In this document: piece by piece, positions 1 to 12,907 of the stretch
How the letters are laid out: each line of letters opens with the position of its first letter
Position numbering within the stretch: the stretch's first letter is position 1
NCBI RefSeq assembly: GCF_004010195.1
Contig: NC_057718.1
Location: 63,781,905-63,845,904, forward strand
Length of the DNA stretch: 64,000 nucleotides
Direction: 5' to 3'
Source of the DNA: Chiloscyllium plagiosum
Taxonomy: Eukaryota
Notes under the pieces: generated by a model
Database searches by the model: none
Seen by the model: only the letters and a program-made list of their open reading frames with translations
Told to the model about the DNA's origin: nothing
Made by a program: the position numbers and the translations under genes

Positions 1-665
1 GGTGGGGCTGAGTATGATGCGGAAGGGCCAATAGCTGCTGCCACCCCCAAGCAGGCACAGAAAGCCTTCTTCCTGCCAGGTATGCTGGCATCATTGGCCT
101 TAGGTGACTTGAGTTTAACCAGCTATGAATGAGGTGCATAATCCTGTAAGTCACCTTCCTGTTTCTGGGAAAATAGTCACACTACACATAGCCCCTGCTT
201 GCCCCATTTCCCAGCCTCAGCCGGCTCAAAAATTCTGTCTGAGCATGGGATTTAGTGCATTTTCTATCATATTGCTCAATGCTTATAAACATGGACAGAG
301 TTTACCAAAGATTTGTATTCATTAATGTTTTGAATTTAAATATACAAAATCAAAGACAAATATATTTTAAAATATGCTATTCTTTCATTGTTTTACTACT
401 CAATGCCACTGCCACATATTATGTCATGGATTAATAATTTATCATATCGTTACTACAGGTTTATTGAAGACTATGAAAATGATGACTGAGAAGACAAATT
501 AATCTTGCACATCCTATTTACTTAAAATATCTTCCAGTGTGACACATTTAGTTAGATAAAGTAGTACTTCTGGAATTTGATTAAAAATGAAATTGATGGC
601 AGAATAGTTGTTCTAATTTCTATTATGCCAGAATTCGACAATGTCATGCATGACGTGCATTACAG

Positions 666-952
666 TTCAAAGTCACTTTTATTTGGGTTAAAGCTGCAAA
701 CCATATTAATGCATTTTAATGTTCATCAGTTGGAAAACATGACCCAAGACAGTTATATCCATATGTGATTGAGGTCACTGTTACACAGTACTTCTCAGAT
801 AATATTACATGGCAGAAAGCAGTAAAAGGACAACCAGGAGTCAGTACAATAAACACCTTGAAATAGAGAAACACTGTGACGTGGAGTAATGAAATTAACA
901 TTGAAACAGAAAATATATGGTACAGAAGATTAAGTGTCACTGTTAAAGAAAG
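666..952 (+). pseudogene. Putative decayed exon encoding the N-terminal part of a C2-domain-like fold
   Basis: One frame reads FKVTFIWVKAANHINAF*CSSVGKHDPRQLYPYVIEVTVTQYFSDNITWQKAVKGQPGVSTINTLK*RNTVTWSNEINIETENIWYRRLSVTVKE, with stops at 717 and 864. It ends at donor AAG|GTAAAT (953, phase 2). The 5' boundary is uncertain (AG at 665 or 458). Confidence 0.4.
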
Positions 953-1139
953 GTAAATGCCATCATCTCCTCTCTGCTGCCTTACACTCACAGACCACGA
1001 CTCACTCTAACTCTGCCACTGCACACACACCTCACCAAGGCTCATGGACTCCAATATTTTACACATCATGTCCTTTCATTACTCTCATCCACCTTAACCT
1101 CCTAGATTACTAACCTTTCCTGCCCCTTTGCACTGCCTA

Positions 1140-1430
1140 CTCATAGAAGCACAGGTGATGTTGTGACCATATCACTGGACTCATAATCCAGAAACCCACA
1201 CTAATGTTCTGGGGAGAAGGGTTCAAATCCCACCATAGTAGATGGTGAAATCTGAATTCAATAAAGGTAAAAGCTAATGGCGACTGTTGTCTTAAAAATC
1301 TATTTAGTTCAGGAGTGCCGATTAATCCTGCCATCCTTAGTTGGTCTGTCTCACACGTGACTCCAAACCAAAGTGGTTGAACATTAACTGTCCTCTGAAA
1401 TTACCTAGCAACCCACTCAGTTATTTCAAA
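1140..1430 (+). mobile_element. tRNA-derived SINE head and body (second SINE family, also at 48160-48450)
   Basis: B-box GGTTCAAATCC at ~1220; body similar to the reverse complement of 48160-48450. Confidence 0.55.
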
Positions 1431-1881
1431 CCATATCATAGCATCAGTAGGAGTGATCACTAGACAATCCGTGTGTGGACAAAATTGTGCTGTCAGGTTG
1501 AGGATGCCCTTCATCATGTTGTATGATACTACTACCCGTGCTAAATGGGACAGACTTTGAACAGATCTCGCAACACAAAACTGGAATCTATGAGACTGTG
1601 TGTGTTATCAGTGTATTCAACTACAATCTGTAACCTTATGGCCCAGTATATTTCCCAATTTACTAGTACCACCAAATCAGCGGTCAACCCTGGTTCACTG
1701 GAGAGTGCAGGAAGTCATGCCAGGAGAAGCATAACACATTCCTAAAAATAAAGTGTAAACCTGGTTAGGCTACAATACAGGATCACTTGCATGCCAAATA
1801 GCACCAGCAACAAGTAATAGACAGCACTAAGTGATCCCACATTCAATGGATCATACTTAGCTGGGAAATCTTGCTATATAA

Positions 1882-2938
1882 CACCATAAGACCATAAGAC
1901 ATAGGAGTGGAAGTAAGGCCACTTGGCCCATTGAGTCCACTCCGCCATTTAATCATGGCTGATGGGCATTTCAACTCCACTTACCCGCACTCTCCCCATA
2001 GCCCTTAATTCCTTGCGAGATTAAGAATTTATAAATCTCTGCCTTGAAGTCATTTAATGTCTCAGCCTCCGCTGCGCTCTATGGCAATGCATTCCACAGG
2101 CCCACCATTCTCTAGCTAAAGAAATGTCTCCTCATTTCCATTTTAAGTTGATCCCCTCTAATTCTAAGGCTGTGCCCACGTGTCCTAGTGTCCCCGCTGA
2201 CAGAAACAAATTCCCAGCGTCCATCCTTTCTAAACCATGCATTATCTTGTAAGTTTCTATTTGATCTCCCTTCATCCTTCTACACTCTTATGAATAAATC
2301 ACAGGATCTTCAGCCGTTCATTGTATGTTCGGCCTACCATTCCAGGGATTATCCGTGTGAATCTCCGTTGGACATGCTCCAGTGCCAGTATGTCCTTCCT
2401 GAGGTTTGAGGCCCAAAACTGGACACAGTATTCTAAATGGGGCCTAACCCCATAAAGTCTCATTAGCACATCGCTGCTTTTACATTCCAACCCTCTTCCA
2501 ACATTAAATTTGCTTTCTTAACTACAGACTCAACCTGCAAGTCAACCTTAAGAGAATCCTTGACTAACACTCCCAGATCCCTTTATACTTTGGCTTTAGG
2601 AATTCTCTTGCCATTTAGAAAACAGTCTGTCCACGTATTATTTTTTCCAAAGTGCAAGACTTAACATTTGCTCACATTGAATTTCATCAGCCATTTCTTG
2701 GACCATTCTCCTAAACTGTCTAAATATTTCTGCAGCCTTCCCACCTCCTCAGAACTACCTCCCTGTCCGCCTAACTTCATATCATCAGTGAACTTCGCTA
2801 GAATACCCCCAGTCCCTTCATCCAGATCATTAATATATAAAGTGAACAGCTGCGGCCCCAACAGTGAACCCTGCGGGACACCGCTTGTCACTGGCTGCCA
2901 TTCCGAAAAAGAATCTCTTATCCCAACTGGATGCCTTA
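1882..2938 (-). mobile_element. CR1 LINE, 5'-truncated, with 3' end
   Basis: Minus-strand ORFs TSGVPQGSLLGPQLFTLYINDL...KFTDD and VRPHLEYCVQFW; short tandem tail (TCTTATGG)n at 1882-1900. Confidence 0.9.
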
Positions 2939-3104
2939 TGACATCCAGTCATAAATGGAAACAACTGAAAAACTAACAGGATGTGGAAGCTCCACAAATA
3001 TCCCCACTCTCAAGAATGTAGGTGCGAAGCCATCAATGTAAAGTGTAAAGTTGAAATATTTGCATCCATCTTCTGACAAAAGTACCAATTGATGTTTCTT
3101 TTTT

Positions 3105-4185
3105 TTTTGGTTTGATTTATTATTCTCACATGTACTTAGGTACAGTCAAAAGTTTGGTTTTGCATACAATACAGGCAGATCATACCATACAAAGTATGTT
3201 AAGGATAATAGAAGAGAGCGAGGAATACAATGCCATGGCTGCAGAGAAGATGCACAAACAGCAAGGTCAACATCAATTTGAGAGGTCCATTCAGAAGTTG
3301 GCTCAGTGGTTAGCACTGCTGCCTCACAGCACCAGGGACCCAGTTTCGATTCCCACTTTGAGTGACTGTCTTTATGGAGTTTGCGCATTCTCCCCGTGTC
3401 TGTGTGTTTGCTCCGCTTTCCTCCCAAAATCCAAAGATGTGCAGGTCAGGTGAATTGGTCGTGCTAATTTTCCCATAGTGTCAGATGCATTAGTCAGGGG
3501 TAAATATGGGGAAGGGGGATGGGTTGGTCTTCAGAGGGTCGGTGTGGACTTGTTGGGCCGAAGGGCCTGTTTCCATACTGTAGGCAATCTAATCTAAAAA
3601 TCTCATAATGGCAGGGATGAAGATATTCTTGAATCTGTTGGTATGTGCGCTTAAGTTTTTGTATCTTCTGCCCAATGGAAGAGATTGAAAAAGATTATAA
3701 CTGGGGCGCGAGGGGACTTTGATTATGCTGGCTCCCTTTCTGAGACAGCGCGAAGTATAGATGGAGTCAGCTGATGGAAGGTTGGCTTACATGATAGGCT
3801 GAGCTATATTCACAGCTCTCTGTAGTTTCTTATAGTCACGGGCAGAGCAATTGCTATACCATGTTGTGATACATTTGGATAGAATGCTTTCTATGGCATG
3901 TCTATAAACCTTGGTAAGAGTCTTAACAGACAAAATGAATTTCCTTACCCTCCAAAAGATGTAGAGATGTTGTGCCTTCTTGACCATTGCATCAATGTGG
4001 GTGGGCCAGGATGGATTTTTGGTAATTGTCACTTCTAGAAACCTGATGCTCTCAACCATCTCCACCTCAGCTCCATTGATGCAGGTAGGAGGCATGTCCT
4101 CCACTTTGCTTTCTGAAGTCAATGACCAGCTCTTTGGTTTGCTAATGTTAAAGAAGAGATTATTATCTTGACACATGTCCCCAAG
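3105..4185 (-). mobile_element. Rex1/Babar-like LINE 3' fragment, interrupted by an HE1 SINE
   Basis: ORF 3787-4242(-): CQDNNLxxNISK...INGAEVEMVESIRFL...KKAQ...YRHAIESILSxCITTWY, typical Rex1-type RT C-terminus. Confidence 0.75.
3299..3596 (+). mobile_element. HE1-type tRNA/V-SINE
   Basis: A-box TGGCTCAGTGG, B-box-like GTTTCGATTCC, V-domain TGGAGTTTGCxCATTCTCCCCGTG, CR1-like tail ending (AATCT)n. Confidence 0.9.
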
Positions 4186-4691
4186 CACTCTCTTTCTTGT
4201 ATTCTGTCTCATCTCAGCCTTCTCCCGCAGACCTAGCATCACAGATGATAGTCTTCAACCAACTAATGTCAAGAAATGACTGAAGACACTGGATACTGCA
4301 AAGGTTATGGATTCTGACAACATTCTGGCAATAATGTTGCAGACTTATGCTCCAGAACTAGCTACATACCTATGTAATTTGCTTCAGTATAGCTATAACA
4401 CTGGCATCTACTCACAATGTGGAAAATTGTCTAGGTATGTCCTGCATACAAGAAACAAAGGCAAATCCCATTCTACTAATTACTGGCCTATCACTTTAAT
4501 CTCAATATTTAGCAAACTGATGTTGACATTGGCAGTACTATCGAGTGGCATGTTCAAAGAAATAAACTCCTTGCTGATGCTTAATCTGGGTTCCACTAGG
4601 GTGATTTGGTTCCTTACCTCATATAGTCTTGGTCCAAACATAGAAGAGCTGACTTCCAGAGGTGAGACAAGAGTAACTGCCCTTGACAACA

Positions 4692-5362
4692 ATACAGAGG
4701 TTACTGAAATAAAAACTGAAAGTGCTACAGAAACTCAGCAGGTCTGGCAGCATTTGCGGAGAGAGAAATGAGTGAAAACTTTGAGTCCAGTGTGACTCTT
4801 CTTTGGATTTGAAAGGAGCAGGAAAATTATGGTTCTTATGCTGTTGATAGAGGGGGAGGAGGAGCAAATGGAAGAGTTTATGAAGGTCCCCAGATTAAAG
4901 AACAACGACCATGATAATTGGGGGAAAAGAGAGATAGAGATGTAAAATAAGTGTAATTGAGATATGAAAAAGAGAAAATGGGTATATACTCTGTTGAGAA
5001 CAAAATCTAAAGTACATGCCTGAGGGAGGGTGGGGATATAAGGAAAATGAAGGACTGAGGTTATATGCTAAACTTAATATTGAGTCCTAGAAGTTGTAAA
5101 GTGCCCATGTAGAAAATGAGCTGTTGGTCCTTCAGTTTATGTTGAGCTTCATTGGAAGATTGAAGCAGGCCAGGGTAGGAAATGTTAGCGCAGAAGCAAA
5201 GTAATATATTGAAATGGCAGGTAGGTGGAAGGTGAGGGTCAATCCCATGGACATAGCAAAGGTGTTCCATAAAGAAGTCACCCAGTTTATTTTTTGGTCT
5301 CCTCATTGTATTGGATTGTGAGCAGTGAACACAGGTGACAGATTGAAAGATGTATAAGCATT
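4692..5362 (-). mobile_element. Penelope-like (Neptune-type) 3' fragment: GIY-YIG C-terminus plus pLTR
   Basis: ORF 5061-5426(-): RRPKNKLGDFFMEHL...CHFN...EAQHKLKDQQLIFYMGTLQLLGLNIKF; pLTR with a degenerate hammerhead at ~4770-4805. Confidence 0.75.
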
Positions 5363-6022
5363 TGACTATGGCTTCACAGGGCTCTAGCAAAACTGAATCA
5401 ATGGAATCAGGGTGAAAGCTCGCCACTGGCCGGAGTCATACCTGGCGCAAAGGGCGATAGTTTTGTTTTTCGAGGTGAGTCATTTCAGTTCCAGCGCATC
5501 TCTGCAGGGGTTCCTCAGGTCCTAAGCCCAACAATCTTCAGTTACTTTAGCAATGACTTTCCCTTCATGGTAAGATCTAAAAAGGAGATGTTTGTTTTTG
5601 ACTATATAATGTTTAGCGTCAGACATGATTCCTCAGATGCTGAAGCAGTCTGTGTTCATTTGCAACAAGATCTGGACAGCATTGTGAATTCTGCTTTTAT
5701 GCCTAACTATCTCGATCTTCAGGGATGAGTGGATTTAGGCTCCATGGTGCCTTTGCTCTTCTTCACTTTGCAGTATCCAATAACACATCGTATGCTTCCT
5801 ATTTCTGTTTACTTTTTCCAAATGCATTATCTCACACTTCTCTGGATTAAATCCCATTAGCAATTTTTCTGCCCACCTGGCCAGTCCATTGATATAAGAC
5901 TAAAAGAGCATAAGGCATAGAAACTGAAGTAGGCCATTTGAGACTTCTCCACCATTCAATAAGGTCACGGCTGATCTAATAATCCTCAACTTTACTTTCC
6001 TGCCTTTTTCTCATAACTCTTT

Positions 6023-6427
6023 TGTAGCGATTGGAACCAGGTGGACCTCATTGACTGTGAAGTCTTTGGTTGTTAATCTGGAGAAGGTGAGGACTATAGA
6101 TGCTGGAGAGTCAGAGTTGAAAAGTGCAATGCTGGAAAAGTACAACAGGTCAGGCAGCATCTGAGAAGCAGGAGAATCAACATTTTGGGCATAAGCCCTT
6201 CATCAGGAATGTGCAAGATCACATTCCTGATGAAGGACTTATGCCCAAAATGTTGACTCTCCATTATTAATCTGGGCCAATCGGGAGGCACTGACTGACC
6301 AATATTAACAGGGGATTTAGAATCTCCTCAATTCAGGGGACTGACTCCAAGCTGGCTGGCCACAGCCAATGTACTATGCTCAAGGGTGAGTTGGTGATGG
6401 GATACTGGCCTCAGTGCAGTTATTTCA
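6023..6427 (+). repeat. 5' LTR of the Gypsy element (contains insertion 6082-6266)
   Basis: TG...TTCA termini; aligns to 11001-11223; followed by PBS-like TGGCAATGGGA at 6429. Confidence 0.85.
6082..6266. mobile_element. Head-to-head Penelope pLTR mini-element with two decayed hammerhead motifs
   Basis: Inverted arms each contain CTGATGAAGG(G/A)CTTATGCCCAAAA; TSD TTAATCTGG at 6073-6081 and 6267-6275; absent from the 3' LTR. Confidence 0.85.
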
Positions 6428-6742
6428 GTGGCAATGGGAGGAAACAGTACATGCCTGAAGAACATGGCCTCACAACAGTCATCTTTGAGTTGGGGTAAGC
6501 ATTTCTGGCATCATGCCTTTATTTGGGAAGCTTGACCTATTTGATCTTGCTGTCGAAGACTGGGAAAGAATGCAATATTTTTTCTGGGAAAATGACATTG
6601 GGGCAGATGCAAAGCAATGAGTAATTCTTCTGACTGCTTGCAGACCTGCAGCATTTTCAGTTATAAGAGGTTTAACTTTCCCAGAAGCACCTGGCATTAA
6701 AACCTTCCAAGAGTTGCAGGAGTTTGTTAAGGAATATTAAGA

Positions 6743-7285
6743 TTCTGGATTAGTGGTGCTGGAAAAGCACTGCAGTTCAGACAGCATCCGAGGAGCAGTA
6801 AAATCAATGTTTCGGGCAAAAGCCCTTCATCAGGAATACAGGCAGAGAGCCTGAAGGGTGGAGAGATAAATGAGAGGAGGGTCTCCTCAGGCACTCTGCT
6901 TGTATTCCTGATGAAGGGCTTGTGGGCGGCACGGTGGCACAGTGGTTAGCACTGCTGCCTCACAGCTCCAGAGACCCGGGTTCAATTCCCGCCTCAGGCG
7001 ACTGACTGTGTGGAGTTTGCACATTCTCCCCGTGTCTGCGTGGGTTTCCTTCGGGTGCTCCGGTTTCCTTCCACAGTCACAAAAATGTGCGGGTCAGGTG
7101 AATTGGCCATGCTAAATTACCCGTAATGTTAGGTTAAAGGGGTAAATGTAGGGGTATGGGTGGGTTGCGCTTCGGCAGGTCGGTGTGGACTTGTTGGGCC
7201 GAAGGGCCTGTTTCCACACTGTAAGTAATCTAATCTAATCTAATCCAGAGTCTGGTTTCCAGCATCTGCAGTCATTGTTTTTACC
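6743..7285. mobile_element. Head-to-head Penelope pLTR mini-element, itself interrupted by an HE1 SINE
   Basis: 15-bp TSD TAAGGAATATTAAGA at 6728-6742 and 7286-7300; minus-strand hammerhead CTGATGAAGGGCTTTTGCCCGAAACATT (~6802-6837). Confidence 0.85.
6922..7240 (+). mobile_element. HE1-type SINE, young subfamily
   Basis: GGGCGGCACGGTGGCACAGTGG A-box, GGTTCAATTCC B-box, (TAATC)n tail; nearly identical to the copies at 14124 and 31766. Confidence 0.92.
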
Positions 7286-10200
7286 TAAGGAATATTAAGA
7301 CCCTAATTCTGCATTGCTATCAGTTTTATTCAGCTGTCAAAGAACCAAAGGAATCCATAGCAGGATATTTGTCAAGGTTAAGAAGACTGGCAGAGGGATG
7401 TGATTTTGGTTAATACCGAATGAGATGCTGAAAGATTTTTGGTATCTGGGATTAATGATGTAACCATGCAGAAGCATCTTCTAGCTGAAGCCCAACTGGA
7501 CTCCAAACAGGCACTGCAGCTGTGGCAAGTAGAGCATGGGAACTACAGCGCATCCCAATGGAAGTGGACACTCTCACCTATTCAACTGAGCTTGAGGAAC
7601 ACCATATGAGTATAGGTAATTGCAGAACCTCATACAGGCAAAATCCTGAGCAGAGGGACCCTAGGCTAGCCTACAGCAGAAACCCATAAAAAAGCCAAGC
7701 CCAGGCCAAGTGGCTAAAAAGTTCTTCAGGATCTGGGTGGCAAGCCATTGTAGTTGCCTCCAGCATGTGGACTCAAGACAGCAAAGGAGTCCTACAAGGC
7801 CTGACCTGAGTGAGAAAACTCATAGGCCAGTACCCAGGAGAGTGCACACCCTGGAAAGTCCCCCTATATGTGGGTTGGAATAATTAATGGTTAGTTAAAT
7901 GGTCACCCATTTCCCAAGGAGTTCAATACTGGTGCAGCTACATCTAGTGGTATCTGTCTTTATTAAGATTTGCTTGGGTGTCCAATCTTTAAGTTTGCAC
8001 AAGACCTCAGCCAGACTGAGAATATGCACTAGGGACTCATTGCAAATTAAGGATATGGCCTTGGTTCCAGTCTCCTGTGAGAAGCAGTTGGTGCAGTTAC
8101 CAGTAAGAAGCTTGGGCCCAAGCCCATTGGAGCGGAATTAGTTGAAAAAGATACACCTAGATTGGCTGAACATTTTTCAATTGGGAAATAGCTGCCTCAG
8201 TGAAGTCCTCGTAAAATAGTCAGGAGTTTTTCAAAAAGGGCTTAGCATTATTAAAAGGGCCAAAACCACTTTACATGTTGACCAGGAAGCAATCCTGTAA
8301 GTTTGCAGAGCACAATCTGTGCCATTTGCCTTCAGGGCAAACGTAGAGGGGAAAACCAGGAGGCTGGACAGCAAAAGAGTCACTAAACTAGTGTAGCTTG
8401 CAGAATGGGCAGCACCAGTCATACCAAATGTGAAGCCGAATGGCTCCCTTCGCCTTTGCGAGGATTTTAAGTAAACAGTAAACTGCTTCTCACAGCTGGA
8501 TAAATACCCAATCCCTCACAAAGAGGACTTGTACACAACGTTGGCGGGTAGGCTGTCCTTTATGAAGCTGAACATGAGCCATGTCTACCAGCAGTTGCAA
8601 CTGGATAAGGAGTCCCAGGCGTACGCCACAATTAACACCTGTAAGGGTTTATACCAATATACAAGACTGCCATTTGGGTGATCATCAGCCTTTTCTGGCA
8701 GACCACGGTGAATGTTTTATAAGGGCTACCCGAGGTTGTCATTTGTCTAGATGACATGCTAATAACCGGGAAGACCAATATAGAGCACTTGAAGAACTTG
8801 ATCATAGTGCTTAAACATTTCTCCCAGGCTGGTGTACACTTTAGAAGGGAAAAATGAAAGTTCCAGGCACCCCAAATGACTAACTTGGGTTGCAGAGTTG
8901 ACAAAACTGGGTTACACCTGTTGAGAGATGAAGTAAAGGTGATCAAAGGTGCCCTGGTTCCTATAGCTTCGGTCTTGACTTGGGTGGATGAATTATTATA
9001 GAAAATTCATATGTAATCTGGCCTCCATCTTAGCACCTTACACCTATTATTGAAAAAGGGTCAGCCTAAGGTTGCATAGCCAAGAAGTAGCCTTTACGGA
9101 AGTTAGGATGCAGCTATCATCATCTAAGGTGTTTGCCCACTATGATCAGAAGTGAGAGGAGGTAGATACAATGCCTCCCCATGCAATGTCGAGGCTCACT
9201 GATTGCCCAATGGAGAGGAATGCCAGATAGTGTATGCTTCCTGAACTTAGGCTGATGCCGATTCAATCATGCCCAGATTGCGAGGGAAGGTTTGGCGGTC
9301 ACCTTTGGTCTGAGGAAGACTCAGTTTTATGGATAGGAATTTGTCACAGTAACAGATCACAGACTCCTACTGGAGCTACTGAAGGAAGATAAGGTGGTGC
9401 TGCCCATAGCTTCCAGTAGAATTCAGCGGTGAGCACTTATGCTCTGCACATACAAGTACCAACTAGAACACCATCCAGGAAGCTAAGTGGCTAATGCAGA
9501 TGCCCTGAAACTCCTCCCACTGGCAGATGCTCCACCAGTCGTGTCTCTCCTGGAAGAGTCCATTCTGGATTTAAATTTCCTGGACATCCCTCCGGTCACC
9601 GCTGACAATATCTGACTGCGGACACAAAAAGATCCAGTCCTAGCAAAACAAAAACAGCTGGTGGTAATGGGGGAGACAGAAGGGCCATCGCAACCAGAAC
9701 TAAAACCTTTCTGCACCCAGTGAGACTAGATCACTGTAGAGGACAGCATATTATTCTGGGGAGCAAGAGTGATTGTCCCGAGTAAAGATTGCCATCAGAT
9801 ACTGGCTGAACTCCACCAGGGTCATCGAGGCGTTTCCAAGATGAAGATGCTAGCATGAAGTTATGTCTGGTGGCCAGGATTGGATGCTGACATAGCTGCA
9901 TTGGTGGGGCAGTGCCTAGAGTGCCAACAAGGACAAAAATTATCATCAGCAGCAACAATTCATAGAAATGGCCAGGTAAACCCTGGACCAAGTTCCATGT
10001 TGACTATGCTGGACATTTCATGGCTCAATGTTCCTGGTCATTGTGTACGCCCATTCAAAGTGGTTAGACATACACAAAGTTCATTCAGCAAACTTAGAGA
10101 TGATAATTGAGAAGTTGCGAGCATCGTTCGTGATAAAGGATTCCCTGAAGTATTCGTCATGGACAATGGAACACTATTTACCAGCAAGGAATTTGATTAC

Positions 10201-11000
10201 TTCCTGAAGTTGAATGGCATTCGGCACATAATGACAGCTCCATACCAGCCAGCATCCAATGGTCCGGTGGAAACAGCAGTCCAAACAATGAAGGCAGGCT
10301 TGAAGAAGCAGCTTGAAGTCTCATTTGATACCAAACTGTTCTGGTTGCTGTTCAACAATAGGACCACCCCTCATGCACAACAGGATAGCTCTAGCAGAGT
10401 TGCCAATGTGGAGAAGATTCCACACCAATTTAAACTTGATAATCCCAGACGTGGGGGGAAGAGTGAAATGGCAGCAGCAACACCAATGCTGGCCACATGC
10501 CTCCTCTAAGCATGAGAGACAATTTAATTCAGGGGCTGAAGTTTGGGTAGGAACCATGGGAAAGGCCCTGAATAGGTACAAGATGAGATTGATGTGAGGT
10601 CAGGTCCCGTGACTTACAAAGTTTGGGAGGGTGAGGCAGTCCTGAACAAACATGTGGATAACCTAAAAGCTGTTACCTCACAAACCAGGCAGAAGCAAAA
10701 CATACCTGGCCCCTCAGGACAGCCAGAAGGCCTGTCAGAAACTGTAGGTTCTCCCCCTCTGTTTAGTGTCGAGGAAACTTTGGAGTCCAAGATGGATCCA
10801 GCCTGGGCACCATTGCTGCCGGAAGAAGAGGAGGAAACGTTCCCGAGATGGTCCAGACACTAGAGACAAACTACGGTCTGGTACACATCACCCGTGTCAG
10901 AGAGTCCAAATCAGAGGAACCAGACCTGGGGCAAAAATGTTGAAGGAATAGCCACAAGAGGAAGATCAAGTCTCCATCCCTGGTTTTAGGGAGTGAGGGA

Positions 11001-11223
11001 TTTAGTGAATGGAAATCAGGTAGACCTTATTGACTACGTGATCCTTGATTGGGGTTGTTAACCTAGGCCAATCAAGAGGCACTGGCTCCAATATTAACAG
11101 GGGAGTTAGAATCTCCTCAGTTTAGGGACTGACTCTGAACTGGCTGACCACAGCCAGTGTACTCTGCCCAAATAAATAAAGTGTGACCTGGTGACAGATA
11201 CCAGCCTCTGTGCAGTTATTTTT
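11001..11223 (+). repeat. 3' LTR of the Gypsy element
   Basis: Preceded by the polypurine tract AGGGAGTGAGGGA (10988-11000); aligns to the 5' LTR; contains AATAAA; termini decayed (TT for TG and for CA). Confidence 0.85.
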
Positions 11224-12124
11224 TCTTTGTTTCCTTGCTGATCAGTCCAGTGAATCTTCACTGAACTGCTTCCAATGTCAATAGAGAACTCCCTGAACTC
11301 CCTCCCTAGAGAAGAGGTCCAAAACTATTCACATTTTTCCAGCTGTGATCTGAATATTGCCTTAAAGAGTTTTAGCAAGACTCACATTATCTATTACTCC
11401 ATTCCCTTTGAAATAAAGGCCATCATTCCATTTGCTTTCGCTATTATTTGCTGAACATATATATTTTGAGATTTATGCATGGAAGACCTTAATCCCTCTA
11501 TGTTGTTGCTTTCTGCAATTTTTCTCCATTTAAATAATATTCAACTCGCCAATTCTTCCTTGCCAAAGTGAATAACTTCACATTTCCCCACATTATATTC
11601 CATCTGCCAGGTTTTTGTTCACTGATATAACCTGTCTACATGCCTCTATAGCCTCTTCATGTCATTCTCATCACTTATGTCATCCACCTATGTTTTATCA
11701 TCCACAACACCTAGTTATAATACATTTACATTCTGATTCAAGTCAATAAGATATATTGTAAATAAATGTGACTCTAGCACTGATCACTGTGGCATTTCAC
11801 GAGTTACAGGTTGCCTTATCTCAACTCTCTGTCTCCAATTAATTAACCAGCCCTCTATCCATGTTGATATACTGCCTCCAACACCATAGACTCTTACCTT
11901 ATTAAGTAGTTTAATGTGCAGTGCCTTATCAAATGTCTTCTGAAAATCTAAATACATTACATCTCCTTTTTTCCACTCTATTGATCCTGTTTGTTACCTC
12001 CTCAAAGAATTCTAGCAAATTAGTCAAGCATATTTTCCCCTTTGTGAAGTCATGCTGATCCTGTTTAATCATATAATGCATTACTAAATCTGCTATTATA
12101 TCCTTTGTAATGGACTCTAACTAG

Positions 12125-12456
12125 AAGGGGAAGAATCCCTATAGTGTGGAAACAGGCCCATTTGGCCCAACAAATCCACACCAATCCTCCGAAGAGTACC
12201 CACCTAGACCCATTCCCCTACCTTATATTTACCTCTGACTAATGCACCTAACCTACACATCCCTGAATATTATGGGCAATTTAGCATGGCCAATTCACCT
12301 AACCTGCACATCTTTGGACTGTGGGAAGAAACTAGAGCATTTGGAAGAAACCCACACAGACACGGGGAGAATGTGCAAACTCCACACAGACAGTCGCTCG
12401 AGGCTGGAATTGAACGCTGTGAGGCAGCAGGGCTAACCTCTGAGCCACCGTACTGC
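12125..12456 (-). mobile_element. HE1-type SINE
   Basis: Reverse complement of the HE1 head, V-domain and tail. Confidence 0.85.
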
Positions 12457-12907
12457 CTGAAATTTCCAAATCCAGATGGTAAGCTAACTGGCCTATGATT
12501 ATTGCTTTATTGTCTCATTCCATTATCAATCCTCTGGGACTTTTCCAAAATCTAAGGATTATTGGAAGATTGCTATCAATGCATCAGTAGATATTTCTTT
12601 TAATATCCTGGGACACATACCATCAGGTCCAGGGAATGTATTAGCTTTTAGCCCCATTGTTTTCCCTAGTTCTTTTTCTCTAATGAAAGTTATTGTATTT
12701 ATCTAATCTCTTATTTTTGCCATTTGTTTATTTAGTAATTTTGCTTTTAATTTCTTCTAACGTGAAGACTGCTCATTACTTATCTGACTCCTCTGCCATT
12801 TCTTGTTTCCACATCATGTCCACCTCTCTGTTTTTTTCAATATTTTTATAGAAGCTCTTGCTGTCCTTCTTGATATTACTTGCAAGTTTGCACTCTAAGT
12901 TTATTCT

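Larger units (their letters stand above)
1435..5682 (+). mobile_element. Decayed CR1-clade LINE ORF2, split by three nested insertions (pieces ~1435-1880, 2940-3095, 4200-4690, 5365-5682)
   Basis: Collinear ORF2 motifs across the pieces: SIxRSDH/AKWDR (post-endonuclease), APELAxxLxxLxQYSYNTGIY, NYxPITL, AGVPQ, QQDLDSI. Same family as 24130-25510. Confidence 0.75.
6023..11223 (+). mobile_element. Full-length decayed Ty3/Gypsy LTR retrotransposon (gag-PR-RT-RH-INT, many stops and frameshifts)
   Basis: gag start MPLFGKLDLFD (~6513); RT LCxDFK, DKYPIP, KGLYQYTRLPFG, CLDDMLITG (8450-8770); RNase H TDHRLLL; integrase ELHQGH...SYVWWPGLDADI...CLECQ and DNGTLFTSKEF...TAPYQPASNG; two LTRs; TSD TCTTT at 6018-6022 and 11224-11228. 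Confidence 0.92.

Noticed and set aside
6082..6266. Interpretation of the inverted-repeat mini-elements as DNA-transposon MITEs
   Set aside because: Arms are asymmetric, TSD lengths vary from 8 to 16 bp, and the same pLTR is joined to a Penelope ORF start at 20192.
6922..7000. tRNA gene
   Set aside because: The A/B boxes belong to the tRNA-derived SINE head and continue into the V-domain and LINE tail.
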